Below are positions 12,374 to 26,158 of a DNA stretch of 64,000 bases, one piece after another. The position numbers were made by a program, and so were the translations under genes. The notes under the pieces were generated by a model. That model made no database searches and had not been told where the DNA came from. It saw only the letters and a list, made by a program, of their open reading frames with translations. Source of the stretch: Cirrosporium novae-zelandiae (taxonomy: Eukaryota). Position 1 is the first letter of the stretch. Each line of letters starts with the position of its first letter. The stretch covers positions 62,001 through 126,000 of the forward strand of contig JAPETS010000022.1 in NCBI GenBank assembly GCA_026023565.1, written 5' to 3'.

Positions 12374-15300
12374 TCACATTTCCGCCTCGGCCATGGCCAT
12401 AACCTCGATCTCGGGCTCGACACCAGCGCTAGCAGTCCTGTCGCCAGATATATCGCGCACAGGCTCTCGGATTTCAATCTGTTGGTTGTCGATATTGTAA
12501 GGTCCTCTCATTTCCATCTGCTGTGAGGTGAATTGATGCCAGCAGCTGCGTAAGAAGTCAGGAAAATGAGAACCGATAAAATGGAAGCCGAGAAAAAAAC
12601 TTACTTGGGAGCTTGCAGCACATATCTTGCCATTGCCTCCCTAAACCGGCTCTTATACTCCTTGGGACTCGTCACTGTAGGCCTATTCTTGCCGCGATCT
12701 TTGATCCACGTCTCTAGTTTCTTGTCCCACGTGTAGGTCCTTATGCAATCAATAATCCCCACGACCAACTCCTTTCTATTCTCATCAATCGCAACCATGA
12801 GACTGTAATCCATGACATTTTGGCGCTCAAGGAAGAGTGTATCATTGTAGACACTATTACGAAGAAGCTTCTTTGAGTGTTCACGGGTGAAGAGAGGAGA
12901 CTCATAAATGAATTCGACCATGTTTTCGTCGAGGAGAACTTCATTCTTTTCGCCGGTGCTTTGAATTTTCCGGTTGCGCATAGATCCTTTGAGGTCAAAT
13001 ATCCTGGTTGGGGTGCGGTCGTAGAAGAGGTTTTCCATTAATAGGAGGAAGGAATTGAACTCTACACCAGTTTGAGGGTTCTTGATGATGATCTGATAGA
13101 AGCCAAGCATCTTTGCAATGACCGAGGGGAGTTCGTGAAAGAGGGTTTCGGACATGATCTGGAAATAGGCAGGAGCAAACTTTAGGAATGCCTGGGTCTC
13201 GATTGCCGATAAGGACTTCAAAACTAATCTTTCATCAAGAGTCTTTAAAAAGAGAGATTTCGTTTTCCCGCCCTTCGAATCCCATTTCAAGCAACGAGAT
13301 AACGACTCTACAATTCTTTCCGATACACCACATTTCCTACGAAGAGCTTCAAATTGCTCAGCGTAGAAAATTTTGCAGAGCATCTTTGCGGAGCCTTCCT
13401 GGAATTGGTACTTTAAATGCGTTCCTGTCTTCCGCAGTAGAGACTGCTCCACGTCAAACTGCCCGACTTCAAGCTGGGCATCTGTTATATTCTCTGGGTC
13501 GCGCAAGAGACTCTCTGAGCTTTCATTGGACTGGGGAAGGCTTGCTAATTTTGCCTTGTAATCATCGGAATCAAGAGCAAATGCGATCAACGAGCTTGGT
13601 TCATCCTCCCGTACGACTATATCACAGTCCGCAAAAACATGATCAGAAACGTTAAGCGGGTATTCCAATGCCTTCCATCCACTTGCAGACCGTTCAGCCC
13701 AGAAATTCGATAGCATTTTCATCAAAGAGCTCCGTTCATGCTTCGGCAGCTCCAACTTGGTCTCTAATTGCGAATCGGTAGTTGAGACGGCTTGCGATCC
13801 ATCTGCCTCTTCAGAAATTTCTATGTTGTCAAGAGTATTATGATCTTCTTCACTGTGCTCTTCGACAACGTCAGCGTCAGAGGCCAACCGATTTGATCCG
13901 GTGAGATCTTCGGCCTGTGTTTCCTGTGTTGGTGTCTGTGATTGAATACCTTCTTCAACTTTTGTTAACTCGGTCCCATCATCTATAGTAGTTTTATCTG
14001 CAGCCATAGCTTCCACGGTAGTGCCTAGTTCTTCCGTTTTTGTCTGAGTTGCGCTCAAGAAATCTTCATCTGAAGGCTCTCGTTCCTCGACAGCATCGTG
14101 AACGTTTTTATAGACCTGGATTATTGGTCTAGACGAGGCCATTGACAGAGGACGAGCTGCTGGCCTGCCTCTTGCTGCTCTCTGCTTTCGTTCTCTGATA
14201 CGTTCTTTCTCGAACTCTCGACTGAGTTGTTCAAAATGTTTTGCCAGCGTCGAAACCTTTGAAGCACTTTTTTTGCCTGGGTTTGACCGCTGACTAAAGA
14301 AGGTCCCGGATTGCATATTTTTGCCTGACTTCATAGAAGAGAGCCCAAATCTATCAGAAAACTTTTTGTCCCCAGTTTTTGCAGCAAAGTCCGACTTCGT
14401 CGCTGAGTGAAAGCCGTCAACCCGATGAGGGATTTTTGAAGGATGTTGGTGGATAGAAGGAGTGGTCAAACTACGATTCTTTATCTGATCCCATTGGACA
14501 GCTAAGGGCTGTGAATGAGCCCTTATCAGTGGCGGGGATGTATTAGTGCTACCTGGTTTCTTTGGCCGTTTGGTAAGTTTCCGACCTCCTGAAGCCACGT
14601 TTGGCTTTGGTTCTGGCGTGGTGGGTAGGGAGGCGCCACCTTGCTCCTTTGGTGGGCTGGAAACACCAGGCTTTATGTCGGCGAGGTCCAAAGGCCCTAC
14701 AGAAGGGCGAACCTTGCCAGAAGAATCTTTTACTTCAGGAGCCGGGGAATGCAGCTCAATCTGGGAGTTGCTGGTTGGCAACTTTTCAGATACACTTGAT
14801 GGTATCGCAAGATCTAGATGTTGAACACGCTCATTCGAAATATCTTCGGAAGGAGTAGCAGTCACGGAGCCATCCTTTTCAGTGAGAATTTCCGTTGAAT
14901 CTCCCACTGTGGGTGGTTGCCCCTCTAAAGCCGGCTTGCTCGAAGGGTAGGAGTGCTCCTCGACTACGGATGCAAGCATATGCTGAGTTTTCTCAGGCGA
15001 CAGTGAATCTGCGATTTGATCCTTTTCAGATATCTCCGTACGTATAGAATTCGTTGGATCTGTAATCTCGGTATTGGGGGTGGTCGTTCCTTCGGTTGAA
15101 GTAAGGGATGCCATTGATGCATCGCGATCTAGAAATATTTTCTTCAGTTGTAATGTTGCTAGTCGCCTGATATCCTTTTCAGATGGAAAAAAATCATTCT
15201 CAAAACTAGTGAACGCTGTTTCCCATTCAAAGACCTTTTCTTGCATAGCTCGAAGCGCTCGATTGAATGGTATGATCTCATAATATTTCGAATCCATGTA

Positions 15301-18300
15301 TTTATCTCGTAGCTTTCCAATGAGAAATGTATGATCTTCATTGGCCTTCTTCATGAGCTTTTCAATCTCAAGTTTGCAGGCTTCAGCCTTTTCTGGTAGA
15401 ACACTCTCGACATGTATACTCTCTAGCCTGGCTTTAACTGATCTCATGAAGCGGTTCAGGCGGTCTTCATACTTCAAGAAAATCTCATTTCTGAATTTGA
15501 GATCAATATCCACTTTCCAAGTAACTCGAGTTCTAGGCACAATTATTTCAAGCAGACTAATAGAATCATATTGGATGCGCAAAGCCATGTCCCTAAAACC
15601 AAAGTAGCGAAGATGATCTCGATGAAGGTCATGAGGGCATATCCCCGCTCGTGCGTGCAGATGTTTGCTCCAAAATGACAACTCGAGATATTTTCCAAAC
15701 GAATATTTCCACGTACTATCGGACATCGGCATGACTTGCGTCTCGTTACCGCAGATTCTGCAGCAGCTCCACATCAGGATCATGTCCTGCATACCTCGAA
15801 GTTTAGACGGATACGGCTGTACATAGACAGTGATTTGGCCTTCACCATGTACGTACTGTCGATGATGCTCCGACATTCTGCTTTCGCAGCCATTGGAAAT
15901 GCAAATCTCGTCAGTTCCATAACACAAGTCCTCAACATACTGTCCTAAGGTGCAGTCGGCTTCAAGCACCGAATCTGTATCGTGTTCATTGTAAAAGCCA
16001 AGAGCAACAATGTCCGGGCCGGAACATGGCACGCTAGTCTCCGTACAAACAAGACTGTATAAGACAGCAATGTTCTGGTGTGCAAGCGGGTCAAATAGGT
16101 TAGTGTTGCCTGACAAGTAGGTTTCCCATTGCCGTTTTTGAGTCTCATAACTATGAAGAGCTTTATCGTACTCGGCATCATGAACAGCATATAAAACTTC
16201 TCGCATCTTTCTCGATGCACCCCTAACTGTTTCATGGATCATCTCGGGCTTGATAAGATCAAATTTTTCGGTTTTCGGTTCTTCTTCTAGGTCTTTATCT
16301 TCCAACATGTCTTGATCTCGTAACTTTTTGAGGTAAGATACACGGCGCTCTTGCTCCCTCGCACGCATGAGCAGATACGGTTGCATAAATTGTACGAAAG
16401 GTGAGGCCGAAAGAATCCTTGTTCTGTGTTTTTCTATCAAGTCACCATAAAAGGTTGGCATAGGAACATCAGCTGGTATTCGTAATGTTTCAGAAGATGG
16501 GTGCGAGTTTAAGACTGAACCATTATTTATCTTATGTTCCTTGGGTATTGATTCAGACTCATCCGGTGTATGCTTGGTTTGATGGCTTGCCTCCACTTGA
16601 GACCCGATGTTGCCTTCGGCTGTAGAGATTTCTGGAGGAGCAAGGTTTAATAATATATCACTGATAGGTTTTCTTGTAGTTCTGTGACCTGGTAGTAGCG
16701 TGTCACTTTCAATCGATGATGGTATCAACGCAAATTCATCACGCATCAGACCTGTCTCTAGCTTGAGGTTGTATACTACGTAGATCATGAATTCTGTGAT
16801 CCTCTTGATTTTCCTTAGTGTTTCAGTATGGGCTCCCCGAAGCACAATCGTACATCCAAGTTCTTTCGGACAGCCAGAAAGATACATGTAAGTCTTTTTC
16901 CTGCCATTATAAAGGTAAGTTTTCAAATCGAAGCTTGCGCAGCTACCAGTAGGTGATGGCTGCATTGAGAGTTTATCAAGTGAAGATACTATTTCAGTTT
17001 GGCTGCATCTCGACACAGCCTCAAGGACAGAAGGTTTCACATTATATGCAGTGGCGATATTTGCCATTTGGAGGTATTCTAGTGCAAGGCCCGACACATT
17101 CTTTTGTACAAGCAAAAGCTGGGGCTTTAGTGTAGCAATCCGACTCACGAGGTTCTTTAGATATTCTCGTTCTTGACGAATCACGGGATCAAGGCTCATG
17201 AAATGTTGTTGATGACGAGCATATTCGATAGAAAAGGTAACTATTAGTATTTTTGGATTCGAAATGCTGCGAGGCATGCTCTTCAAAGCCAAATTCTTTG
17301 TGAAGGCCAATCCAGAGACGTAGGAGGTGTCACCTGGCCGTCCACCTGGGATCTTTTTTAACTTGACATAATGGCGAATATCAAGATCGTCCCCATGTTG
17401 CACAGCAGGGTTAACGTCTTCAGTGGCCTGAAGCAATATGGGTACAAGCGCACTCTCCCAACTTCCCCAGTTAGATATATTCGAATCCTCGAGGAGTTGA
17501 CGGAGGAGTTTTCGGACATGTTGGAGGCTAGCATTATTCAGCTCGACTGGAGGTGCGCCAGCGCCTCGCATAGATGCACTTCTTATCATTCTCGAACCAC
17601 CCCCTAATGACGAGCCTTCTGAAGCTAATTTATCATCTCCAGCAGGAGCTGTGGGAGTGGCCGCTACATCCTGGTCAAACTGGTGTAGCCGGTGAACGAA
17701 GTGGGGAGCTATGTGACTCGCAATGCTGAGATTGCGTCTTCGAGATGATCTAGGAAGGTTGGTTGCTTTGGCTACACTACTTAGACTCACATCGTCAGCA
17801 TCGCGACCGCCATTACCAATAGCAGAAGCCCTATCCCCAAATCTCGAGCGTCCCTTTCTGATAGAGGGCAGGAACCCGTTGAAAGATTGCTTATCCGAAT
17901 CACCAATGGTCTTTGGAACGTTATCCCCAGCAATGGCTCCAAATATACTTTGTTGGTCTTCGTCAGTGGAAGCATCATCTGACATGTAAGGAGCTAAGTC
18001 TGGATCAATAATGCTGTCTTTATGGAATGCAGGGAGACGTCGTCCTTGCTTTTTATTATCATCTACAGTACCACGATGAAATGGAGCTCGTTCTTCGTGA
18101 TAAACTTTAAAGTTTCGTAAATGCTGATGTCGAGAATGGAGACGTCTATGTCCCATGGACATTGGTCTTCCAATAACCGACGCCTTCAGAGATCTGGAGG
18201 AACTTGGTCGGACTGGTGATTCGGAATCAATCTCCAAGACTGCTGATTTCCGTTTCGAAGCATCAGAGGGTTTGCGAGTAGCAGGAATGGCCATTGTGGG

Positions 18301-20061
18301 TGTTTTCGTGGCCTGTTTAAATCCATCTGGAGTACTGGGACCAGCTTTGGGATTAAATTGGGACTCGGAACCATCTGCTTGTCTTCGATCTCCCGTTTTC
18401 CCTCGCTGCTCGGGATGAAGTCTGAATGTTGGCGACAGTAAGGTCTCATCATCCGAAAAATCAGAAGAATCATCGTCGTGGCCAGATTGGAAGGCTTGAC
18501 AAGGTTTACAGATCCTTAGAGTGCCGTTATGTCCAAATGGTCGAGCAGAAATGAGTGTAGTGCATTTTGCATCAAAAATCTGGCCGCAGATACGACAATG
18601 ATGCTTCCGTCTAAAAGTCGAGAAGGTATCGCCGCAGTTGAAGCAATCCTTAGCGTTTTCATCCTTCATCCAGAATTCCTTACTCAATATCTTAGTCCGC
18701 ATATGCGCAAATAAAGGCCTATTGGGATAATTTTGAAAATCGTCATTACCGCCAATACCTCGTCGAAGCTGCTCTAAGCGTCGTGATCCAGCACTACCAT
18801 CTAGGCTTGGCGTTGGGCCTTGTGAACTTGGAGCCTTCCGAAAAGTATCCGTACTACCTGCATCTGACGATGTTGCTTGCGATAACTGAAAGCCCGGGAG
18901 ATGAGACTGGCTGATCCGAGGTATGTGACCTCGTAGGGGACCCACCTTATCGGTTCTAGCTCGACTTTCGAGTGACATTGAACTCATTACAACATCCTGA
19001 GCGCGAAGATTATCAATATCAATTGGAGTTTTGTGTGGAATCTCATCCAATCTCTCTAGTGGATGCATGTCTAGTTGTTCTTGTCGGCTTGAATCAGCAT
19101 CCCCAGAAAAGGAGGTAATCGTTCGACCAGAAGCAGAGGTGTCACGTCGAATAATTGTTGGGCCGGTTAAACCCATATTAAGTTTCTCCAATGACGGTGT
19201 TATTTTACAGTCCTGCTGAATGGTGGATTTATTGTTAGAGGCAACAGTTCGTAGATCAGATTCAGCAATATGGAGGCCACTAGAAGTCTTAGACCCTATA
19301 CCTCCACTGAAATCTCTTGGGGAGGAAAGGGACGTTAAAGATAGAGGAAAAGATTCTAGATCTTTTGACAGGCTAACATTGATTTCTGCTAGAGCAGCGG
19401 GTGCGGGCACAGGATTGGTGACCTTGGTCAATGGAGCAAGTGGCTTTATATGAGGTGATCCTGTTGAACCTTTTGATGATATACTTGTAGATTTGGGCTT
19501 AGCCTGGGATGCTTTATCCACTTGCTCACTAGTTTGAGAGGCTGCTCCCATAAAACTTATATTTGTTGGTGACTGTAATTTCGGGACGGTTGTCGGGATC
19601 GCTGCAGATAACTGTAAGTCTGACTTTGATGCTTTTTGGGCGGCTGAAGAGGGCCTCGACGAAGAGGGAGAGTGGGGAACATATTGAGTTGATTGTTCAT
19701 CGGCCGTGCCTAGCTCTAGCGATCCGGTCGAAACTCCAACATTTTCTTTGACACCTCCAACAGATGCTCTGAACCGATTGTAGAGTCCACTAAGCCCACT
19801 CTGAAGGTCCCCAGGCAGCTTCTTGTGCTCCCCCGCTGATGTCCCGGGAGGTGGATGTGTATACTCATTGAATACAGTAAGTGCATCAGACTGAGAAGCA
19901 GCAGTGTGTATTTGGTCCAGCGTTTGAGAAGAGATTTCTCGGTCAGCTTGAGAATGAGATAGCAAGGATGCTATTGAACCACGCCGAGAACGGCGCTCAA
20001 GTGGAAGGATAGTAAATGATGCAGAGGGACTCGGTGTTTCGTTGGTGGCTCGGGAAGACAT
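12374..20061 (-). CDS. FAB1: 1-phosphatidylinositol-3-phosphate 5-kinase Fab1/PIKfyve; intron 12546..12604
   Basis: FYVE finger (WMKDE..C..C..F..FRRKHHCRICG), CCT-like domain (YVKLKKIPGG) and PIP kinase domain (GGKTKS, DLKGS, MDYSL, GIIDCIRTYTWDK). A late intron gives APNCWHQF...AEM* with the stop at 12374..12376. Confidence 0.96.
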
Positions 20062-20847
20062 GATTGATAACTTTCAAGGAGGTTGAAGTGAGCTTGGAGA
20101 GTAATATCCTGAGTACATGAAAATCACGGTGTCAATATCTATCTCCCCGAAATATTTAGATTCACTTGATTAGTCGAGCGCGGACCTTGAATTGCTAGCA
20201 GAGGGCAAAGCACAACGCTTTGGTAGAAGTTAGAGGCAAACGTCGTCATGGTTTGGTGATCTTGGGAGGAAAAGTGGAAGGGTTCAAGGTGGAGGCGTAT
20301 TGTTAAGCTTCCGTCATGGCCATGATAGAGGTGCGCCTACTTAGAGGAGAGCAACGTGGAGTCTGATCATTGTTTGGGCACGACGGTTTTCTAAGCAGTA
20401 ACTAGGCAATAGCGGTGGCACTCATTCTTTGAGACTTAATCCTTGAGGTGGACGAATGACGTTTAAGGTGGGCGTCGACTGGCGTTGGCGGATAATTCAA
20501 TTCTTCCCCGCCCGACTAACGCGCCTAACTTAAAGTAATCAGTACATGGTAACTAAGCCGCGTCAAGCTTCTTCATTCACTTTACTTTGTCAGGTTGTCT
20601 ATGGAGAGAGAGAGATAGAGAGGGCGAGAGAAATAAGAAGCAATAACATGTTGGATACAAAAACAACTCAACTATTAACTATTTCCTATTAATGAATAAT
20701 AACTTGACATTGGAAGACATCTACATCTTTTGATGTAGCAAAACCACTTTTAACGAACACCCATTTAGAGAAAGTATCAGTCCGACTATCAGGGAGTCAC
20801 GTCGCCCAACACAGGCCATAACCGGCAGCTCACTCAATTATCTAATT

Positions 20848-23800
20848 ATGGCTAAGCTTATGCAAGATTGGATTGGGCCTGCGGTTGGAAATTACTTCAA
20901 TGCGGCATTGGATTGGAACAAAAATCCAACCCGTCCTCTCCCCGGTGACATATCAAAATTAGTACTAGATGAGCACAGTCTTCGAATTGTTATCGACAAG
21001 AGCAGGATATCACGTATAATTCAGGTCACCAAGGTCTGCAAACCTCGACGTCTCTTCAAACATGTTGCTAACTAAGCTAAGCTTGAATACCTCGAGGACA
21101 TAATCCAAGCCACTATATCCGACGGATACACTTTACTCCAAGCCACCTTCTCTGCCTCTGCCATCCTGAACTGTGAAAAAGAATTGAATAAGCCTCTAAG
21201 ACACTTCATGGCCGGGAGCATATTCCAGATAGAAAGCTACGAATTTTTGTTTACCAATATTAGCTCGCAACATCCGGAAATCGCTCTTTTAATTCAGAGG
21301 TTTTATCTGCACGGATGCGAAGGAGCGCCTACAATTAAGAATCCTACCCCAATACATCACCGGAAGCTGTTTTCGTATATTATACAGACTTTGTCCAAAG
21401 TGAAATTTAATGGTCGATCCAGTGATTCTTACAATAATGAAACCGATCCACCTGATGTTTCTCCAGCAGATGAGATTAGCTCACAGCCAGACGACCTAGA
21501 ATATGCTTATGATTCGACATTGGTCACCCAGGCAGATTTTGCTAGTCAAGTTCCTCTTTCACGAAATTTGAGTTCCCCGAGAGATAATGCAAATCTCAAT
21601 ACTAGAAATACATTGCAGAGAAATACCAAAAATCTTCAAATGATAGATCCGACGATCTCAACAGGACCTTCGAAACAACATTCGAAAGAGGAAATTCTCA
21701 AACTAGTGCAAGGAAACAACAAGGGTAGCATATCCAAATATCCTAAGCTTACTAATCTTAGCTCCGCTAGCGTCCTAAACCCGAATGTGGCACAAAGTCA
21801 TTCCATGCATTTGACACCTCGACGGGTCAACAATACTTCTCTAGAAGTTGAACATATTCCTACTCTTAAATCAAATTGTGTTTCAAGCTCCTCCGCAGAA
21901 TTAGGTAGCACCAGGGAGTGCCTTAAAAGAGGGAGTAGTGAAGTGCCAGCAGAGAAGGGCGCTCCAATAAAAAAGCAAAGGCTAATCTCGGGTACTCCAA
22001 AGCCACCCCAATATGCCAAAAATATCCTGGATGTGAGTCGAAGTAATGGTGTCGACCCGTGGGAGGGTATGACACACATTTCACGGCGTGATGTTACAGT
22101 ACCGAAGGACCAAGAAGCACTCTTAAGTAAAGTAGAGGCTTGGTTGCCCCCTCTCGCAGGTAGTCGAGGGCCAGTGAATCATGTGCCAGTGAGGATTCTT
22201 CAAGAGTGGAATGCAGCAATTGATTGCCGGGCACAAGGACGTAATAGTGGGGATGCTATTATTTCCCACTCAGAGGCTTCTGAAGCAAAGTCTGACGATT
22301 CAGAAAACGAGCCAAATATGACCAGTGCCGATGACAAGGAACTAGACCAAAACTCGAGGCCACGACAATTATATCAGAGAGAATCACAGTTGTTTGATGA
22401 AGGTGAGAATGATAGTAGTGAGGAACTGGTATCGTCATGGTCTTCGAGTCCAGCTCCAGAAAAGGAAACTTTACCTCCTGATAGTAGCAATGAATCAACC
22501 TCCGCGAGCACCCAACACCTACAAAGCCAAGAACACCCCTGTCTACTAGAAGACCTCCAGCCGCATCCGTCAGCCTCAAATTCTGACGAGCGTGTACTTT
22601 CCGCTCATAATCATGAGTGCAAAAAGAGAGACCCAGGAGACAATTCGCCATTCACCAATAATACAGAGATTCCACTCCCGAGTTATAGCCGTGCTCGACC
22701 ATCTATGTCTCCACTTATCAACCTTACCAGAGGGACGCATAGTCCCCATTCTTCACTATCTACCCAGACACGAATGGAGATGGAAATGCTTGCCTCTCAA
22801 GCAAGACTTGATAAAATGGAGTCATGTACTCAGAATACCCCCCCTAGTGATGCCTTCAACCGACCTACGCTTCCACAGGAAATACTTCATCTCATAGCAG
22901 AAAAGAATAATCAACATAGTACCCCCTTTTCCCCGTTAATAGACTCCCATGATAAGGACAGAACAACGATAGAAAATATTTCTACGGAAGAGTTAAAAAA
23001 CATTCATCAAACCAAAGAACCAGTCACTACAGGTGAGACAGCCACCAAAGCTAGCACCCAATCTTCAGACAGTCACCATGAGATTGAAACTAAGGGATAC
23101 CCACTCATAATACCCGCTAAAGATGCCGAAAACATAGCCAACTCAAAATCAGTTATGAGATCCAAAGCTGACCTTTCTGATACACCTGACGAAGTTGAAG
23201 ATTCTGATAGTTCTGATAATTCCAGCCTTGAAATATCTGTTCCTCTTGGGCTAGGTGACGAAATTACTGCAACTCCAGTATTAGCTAATGTTATCCACAA
23301 TCTACAAGAACCGTCTGTTATTCTAGTGAAGCGAACTCCCTATAATGCTCCACGTGGAAGCAATGAGACAAGAACTCGATTCCCGAACTCACATTTAACT
23401 CATTCCGAAGATTCAAACGGAGAATTGGATGGTGTTCACCCTCATTCATCTGATCCTATAATCCCTGGAACATTTCAGTTAGAATCTGTCAGGCCCCCTC
23501 GGCAGCCTCAGGTCGGATCCTCGCCAACTCGTTCCAATCTAAACAGCCACAATCAGCCAAAAATTAAGAAGAAAGTAACAAAATATCCAGAGGAGAATAG
23601 AAAGAATTTCCCACACCTAGATAAAACCAAGCCATCCCAACATCAAAAAATGGCGAATAATGGAAATCTAGATCATGCAGCCTTGAGCAATTCTAAGATT
23701 GCAGCTATGCCCTCTGTAGTGGCGAATTCCAAGAAATTGCCATCAAAAGCAGGACAAAAAGTATCGTCCACAAATGGACTTCTGCCCTCAGTAACTAAAC

Positions 23801-24435
23801 ATCGAGAAAAGGCGAATGGCTTTAAAGTTGACCCCAAAGAAAAGATTAAGTTAGCAGCCTCAAAGGCACGCAATGACACACTTCGGGAAGCACACTTTAA
23901 AGCACGTCGTGAGCAAATCGCGGAAGACCTAGCAAATCAACCTCACCGAAGGAAAGCTAATACCGGGAAACTAGAAAGACAGCAAGACAAGGTTAAGCAC
24001 ATTGTTGATGACCAAGGGACGGGACAATTGAAGCTGTCAACAACAATCTCGAAGGAAGGTAGACGACCGGGTCAAGAATCAATTCAATTACGCAAGGAAA
24101 GCTGTCAGAAGGGCCTTAATTCAGCTGAGAATCCTCAAGGCAGCACAAAATCTTCAGTTACTGATTGGGTTGAAAGCACATCACAGCATGTGCAGGGTCA
24201 CTTGACACCACCAACTTCAACGCAAGCACGAGTACGACAGGGTGAAGGGCGCAGGTCTTCTATTACAAGTGAATCCGAGGAGAGCTGGTGGAAGTCGAAG
24301 AATACGGCATTCAAGAGCTATGCAAGAGCGTTATGTTCTCTGAAAGATGGGGGAGGCATTGATGGGTCTGTTGACGAGGATGGAATTGTTCAGCCAACTC
24401 AAAGGCAACTAAACATTTTTGACTGGAAAATCTAA
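20848..24435 (+). CDS. Shelterin TPP1/Tpz1/Est3-like protein (N-terminal OB fold, long disordered region); intron 21034..21081
   Basis: The spliced N-terminus (MQDWIGPAV...IIQVTK|LEY...QATISDGYTLLQATFSASAILNCEKE...GSIFQI) resembles the Est3/TPP1 OB fold. Internal WEGMTHISRRDVTVPKDQEALL resembles the Tpz1 Pot1-interaction motif as I recall it. The intron GTCTGC...GCTAAC...TAAG is in frame with ORF 21184. Confidence 0.7.
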
Positions 24436-25436
24436 TGATGAGAATCGCTATCTATTAGGATGCATTGCTACTATCATGGGAGATAAGGTGACGTTGGGGG
24501 GATTGATTGGGGAATATTACAAAAAGGACGTGCAGCGATGTGATACCCGTTGATACACATGCAAGCCAATTCAAATAGGGAGAGTCGTTTAGAGTCGGTT
24601 AGAGTTGTTTGGATTAATTTTTCATGAGAGCTTGACAAAAGCGGAATAGTGGAGATGATATCAGGGCAAAGCTGGGATGTTGATGCCCGGGGAATTGATT
24701 AGTGGCAGCGAACAATGCAAACAGCTTCCAGTAGAATGTAAGAAAAGCCCAACGAACAAGATGAGAAGGGATAATCCTAGTCGGCTTGGAACGGTTAGTA
24801 CCGTAGATACATACATACATAATTACATACAATACCGAATACCAAAGTGTAGGTATTGTATAGTTGTAATTAATTATAGCAATACATAGTACCAAAAGAG
24901 GGTGTGTTTAAGAACAGGATCAAATGACGAGAGCTATAATTATATATAGACTACTGGGTAATAAAAAAAAGGGATTAAGGAATTAGACGTAAATACCAAA
25001 AGTACTTTAATTAGTTAAAAAACCCCATGCTCGGCTCTTCGGGGTAAGGACAAGAGCTCACAAAGTCCGCCCCGACAACTCCGTACCAAGTTTGGGTATT
25101 AAGGTCGATTGGTTTAGGGTGAAAGCGCTTTCTTAAAATACGCCTAACTAATCCCCCCCAAATGCCCCCAATCCTACCCCCCTCCCTCCCATGGCTGTCC
25201 TGTGGCCTAGATCTAACGGAACCCATGCATCGTCACTCCCCAGACGTTCCTCATCTCTTATTGACATCAAGCACGCTCTACACACACACTATTCACCATA
25301 CCCCAAAAAAAAAAATAACCCGTCAACAATCTCAAAACTGTTCATCTTTATCTGATCATTTTGCTTTGGATGACACAAGCGCTAATATACAATTGCCACC
25401 TTAGTTGCGGCTTTTTGCTTTCCTCACACCCTTCCA

Positions 25437-25606
25437 GTACGTATACCCAAACTTACACCACATCTATTATCACTGTCCCTTTCATGTCAAAGCTCCTCAT
25501 AACTAATCGCCTCCGCTTTGGGCCTTACATATCTACATATTAAGATCTTGGCGACAACAAATCAATCTTACTTGGTCTTTGCTAATCCATGTTCTGTCAA
25601 TCTTAG
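25437..25606 (+). other. Probable 5'-UTR intron of PPZ1
   Basis: GTACGT donor, GCTAAT branch site at 25581 and CTTAG acceptor. The following 25607..26158 has no ATG before the PPZ1 start. Confidence 0.6.
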
Positions 25607-26158
25607 GCTGTTCCCTCCCAACGACTCTGTCATTGAACCACCTCAAATATTTGAATCAGTTTGACCTTTTAGACCTACTATCGAAACTACCCTTCAAGCG
25701 ATCTGCTTCATAAAGCGATATCGCCTCAAGTAGTATTTAATAATTCAGTCCCAAGCCGCTCAGTCTTCTATTGCAACCTATTCACTTAGGCTGTTGAACC
25801 GTCCTCCAACTCATCCATCCAGAACATCAAAATCGACCGTGTCTACTTTTCAACCCCACCTGCCAAAACGCCTTCCTCCGTCGAGGCTCGTTTCCTTCCC
25901 TTTCTCTCTACCATTTTTCGACCTCCCTAAAGGAAATTCCACCGACTTAAAGGCTTATTTGTTCACCATCTTTGAAAGCAACTGCATTCAAGAATATCAA
26001 CTTGTTTAAGTCACAGAAGGAGGACCTCGCGGTAATAACACGGGCCATAGGCCCCTTCCTTAACTTTTGACCAAATCTGAAAATCAGGATCGTTCTTCGG
26101 GTACACTCCTTTTACCTCACGGCTTATCTAGCCTTTCAACCAAATCAGCCTCATCGCG

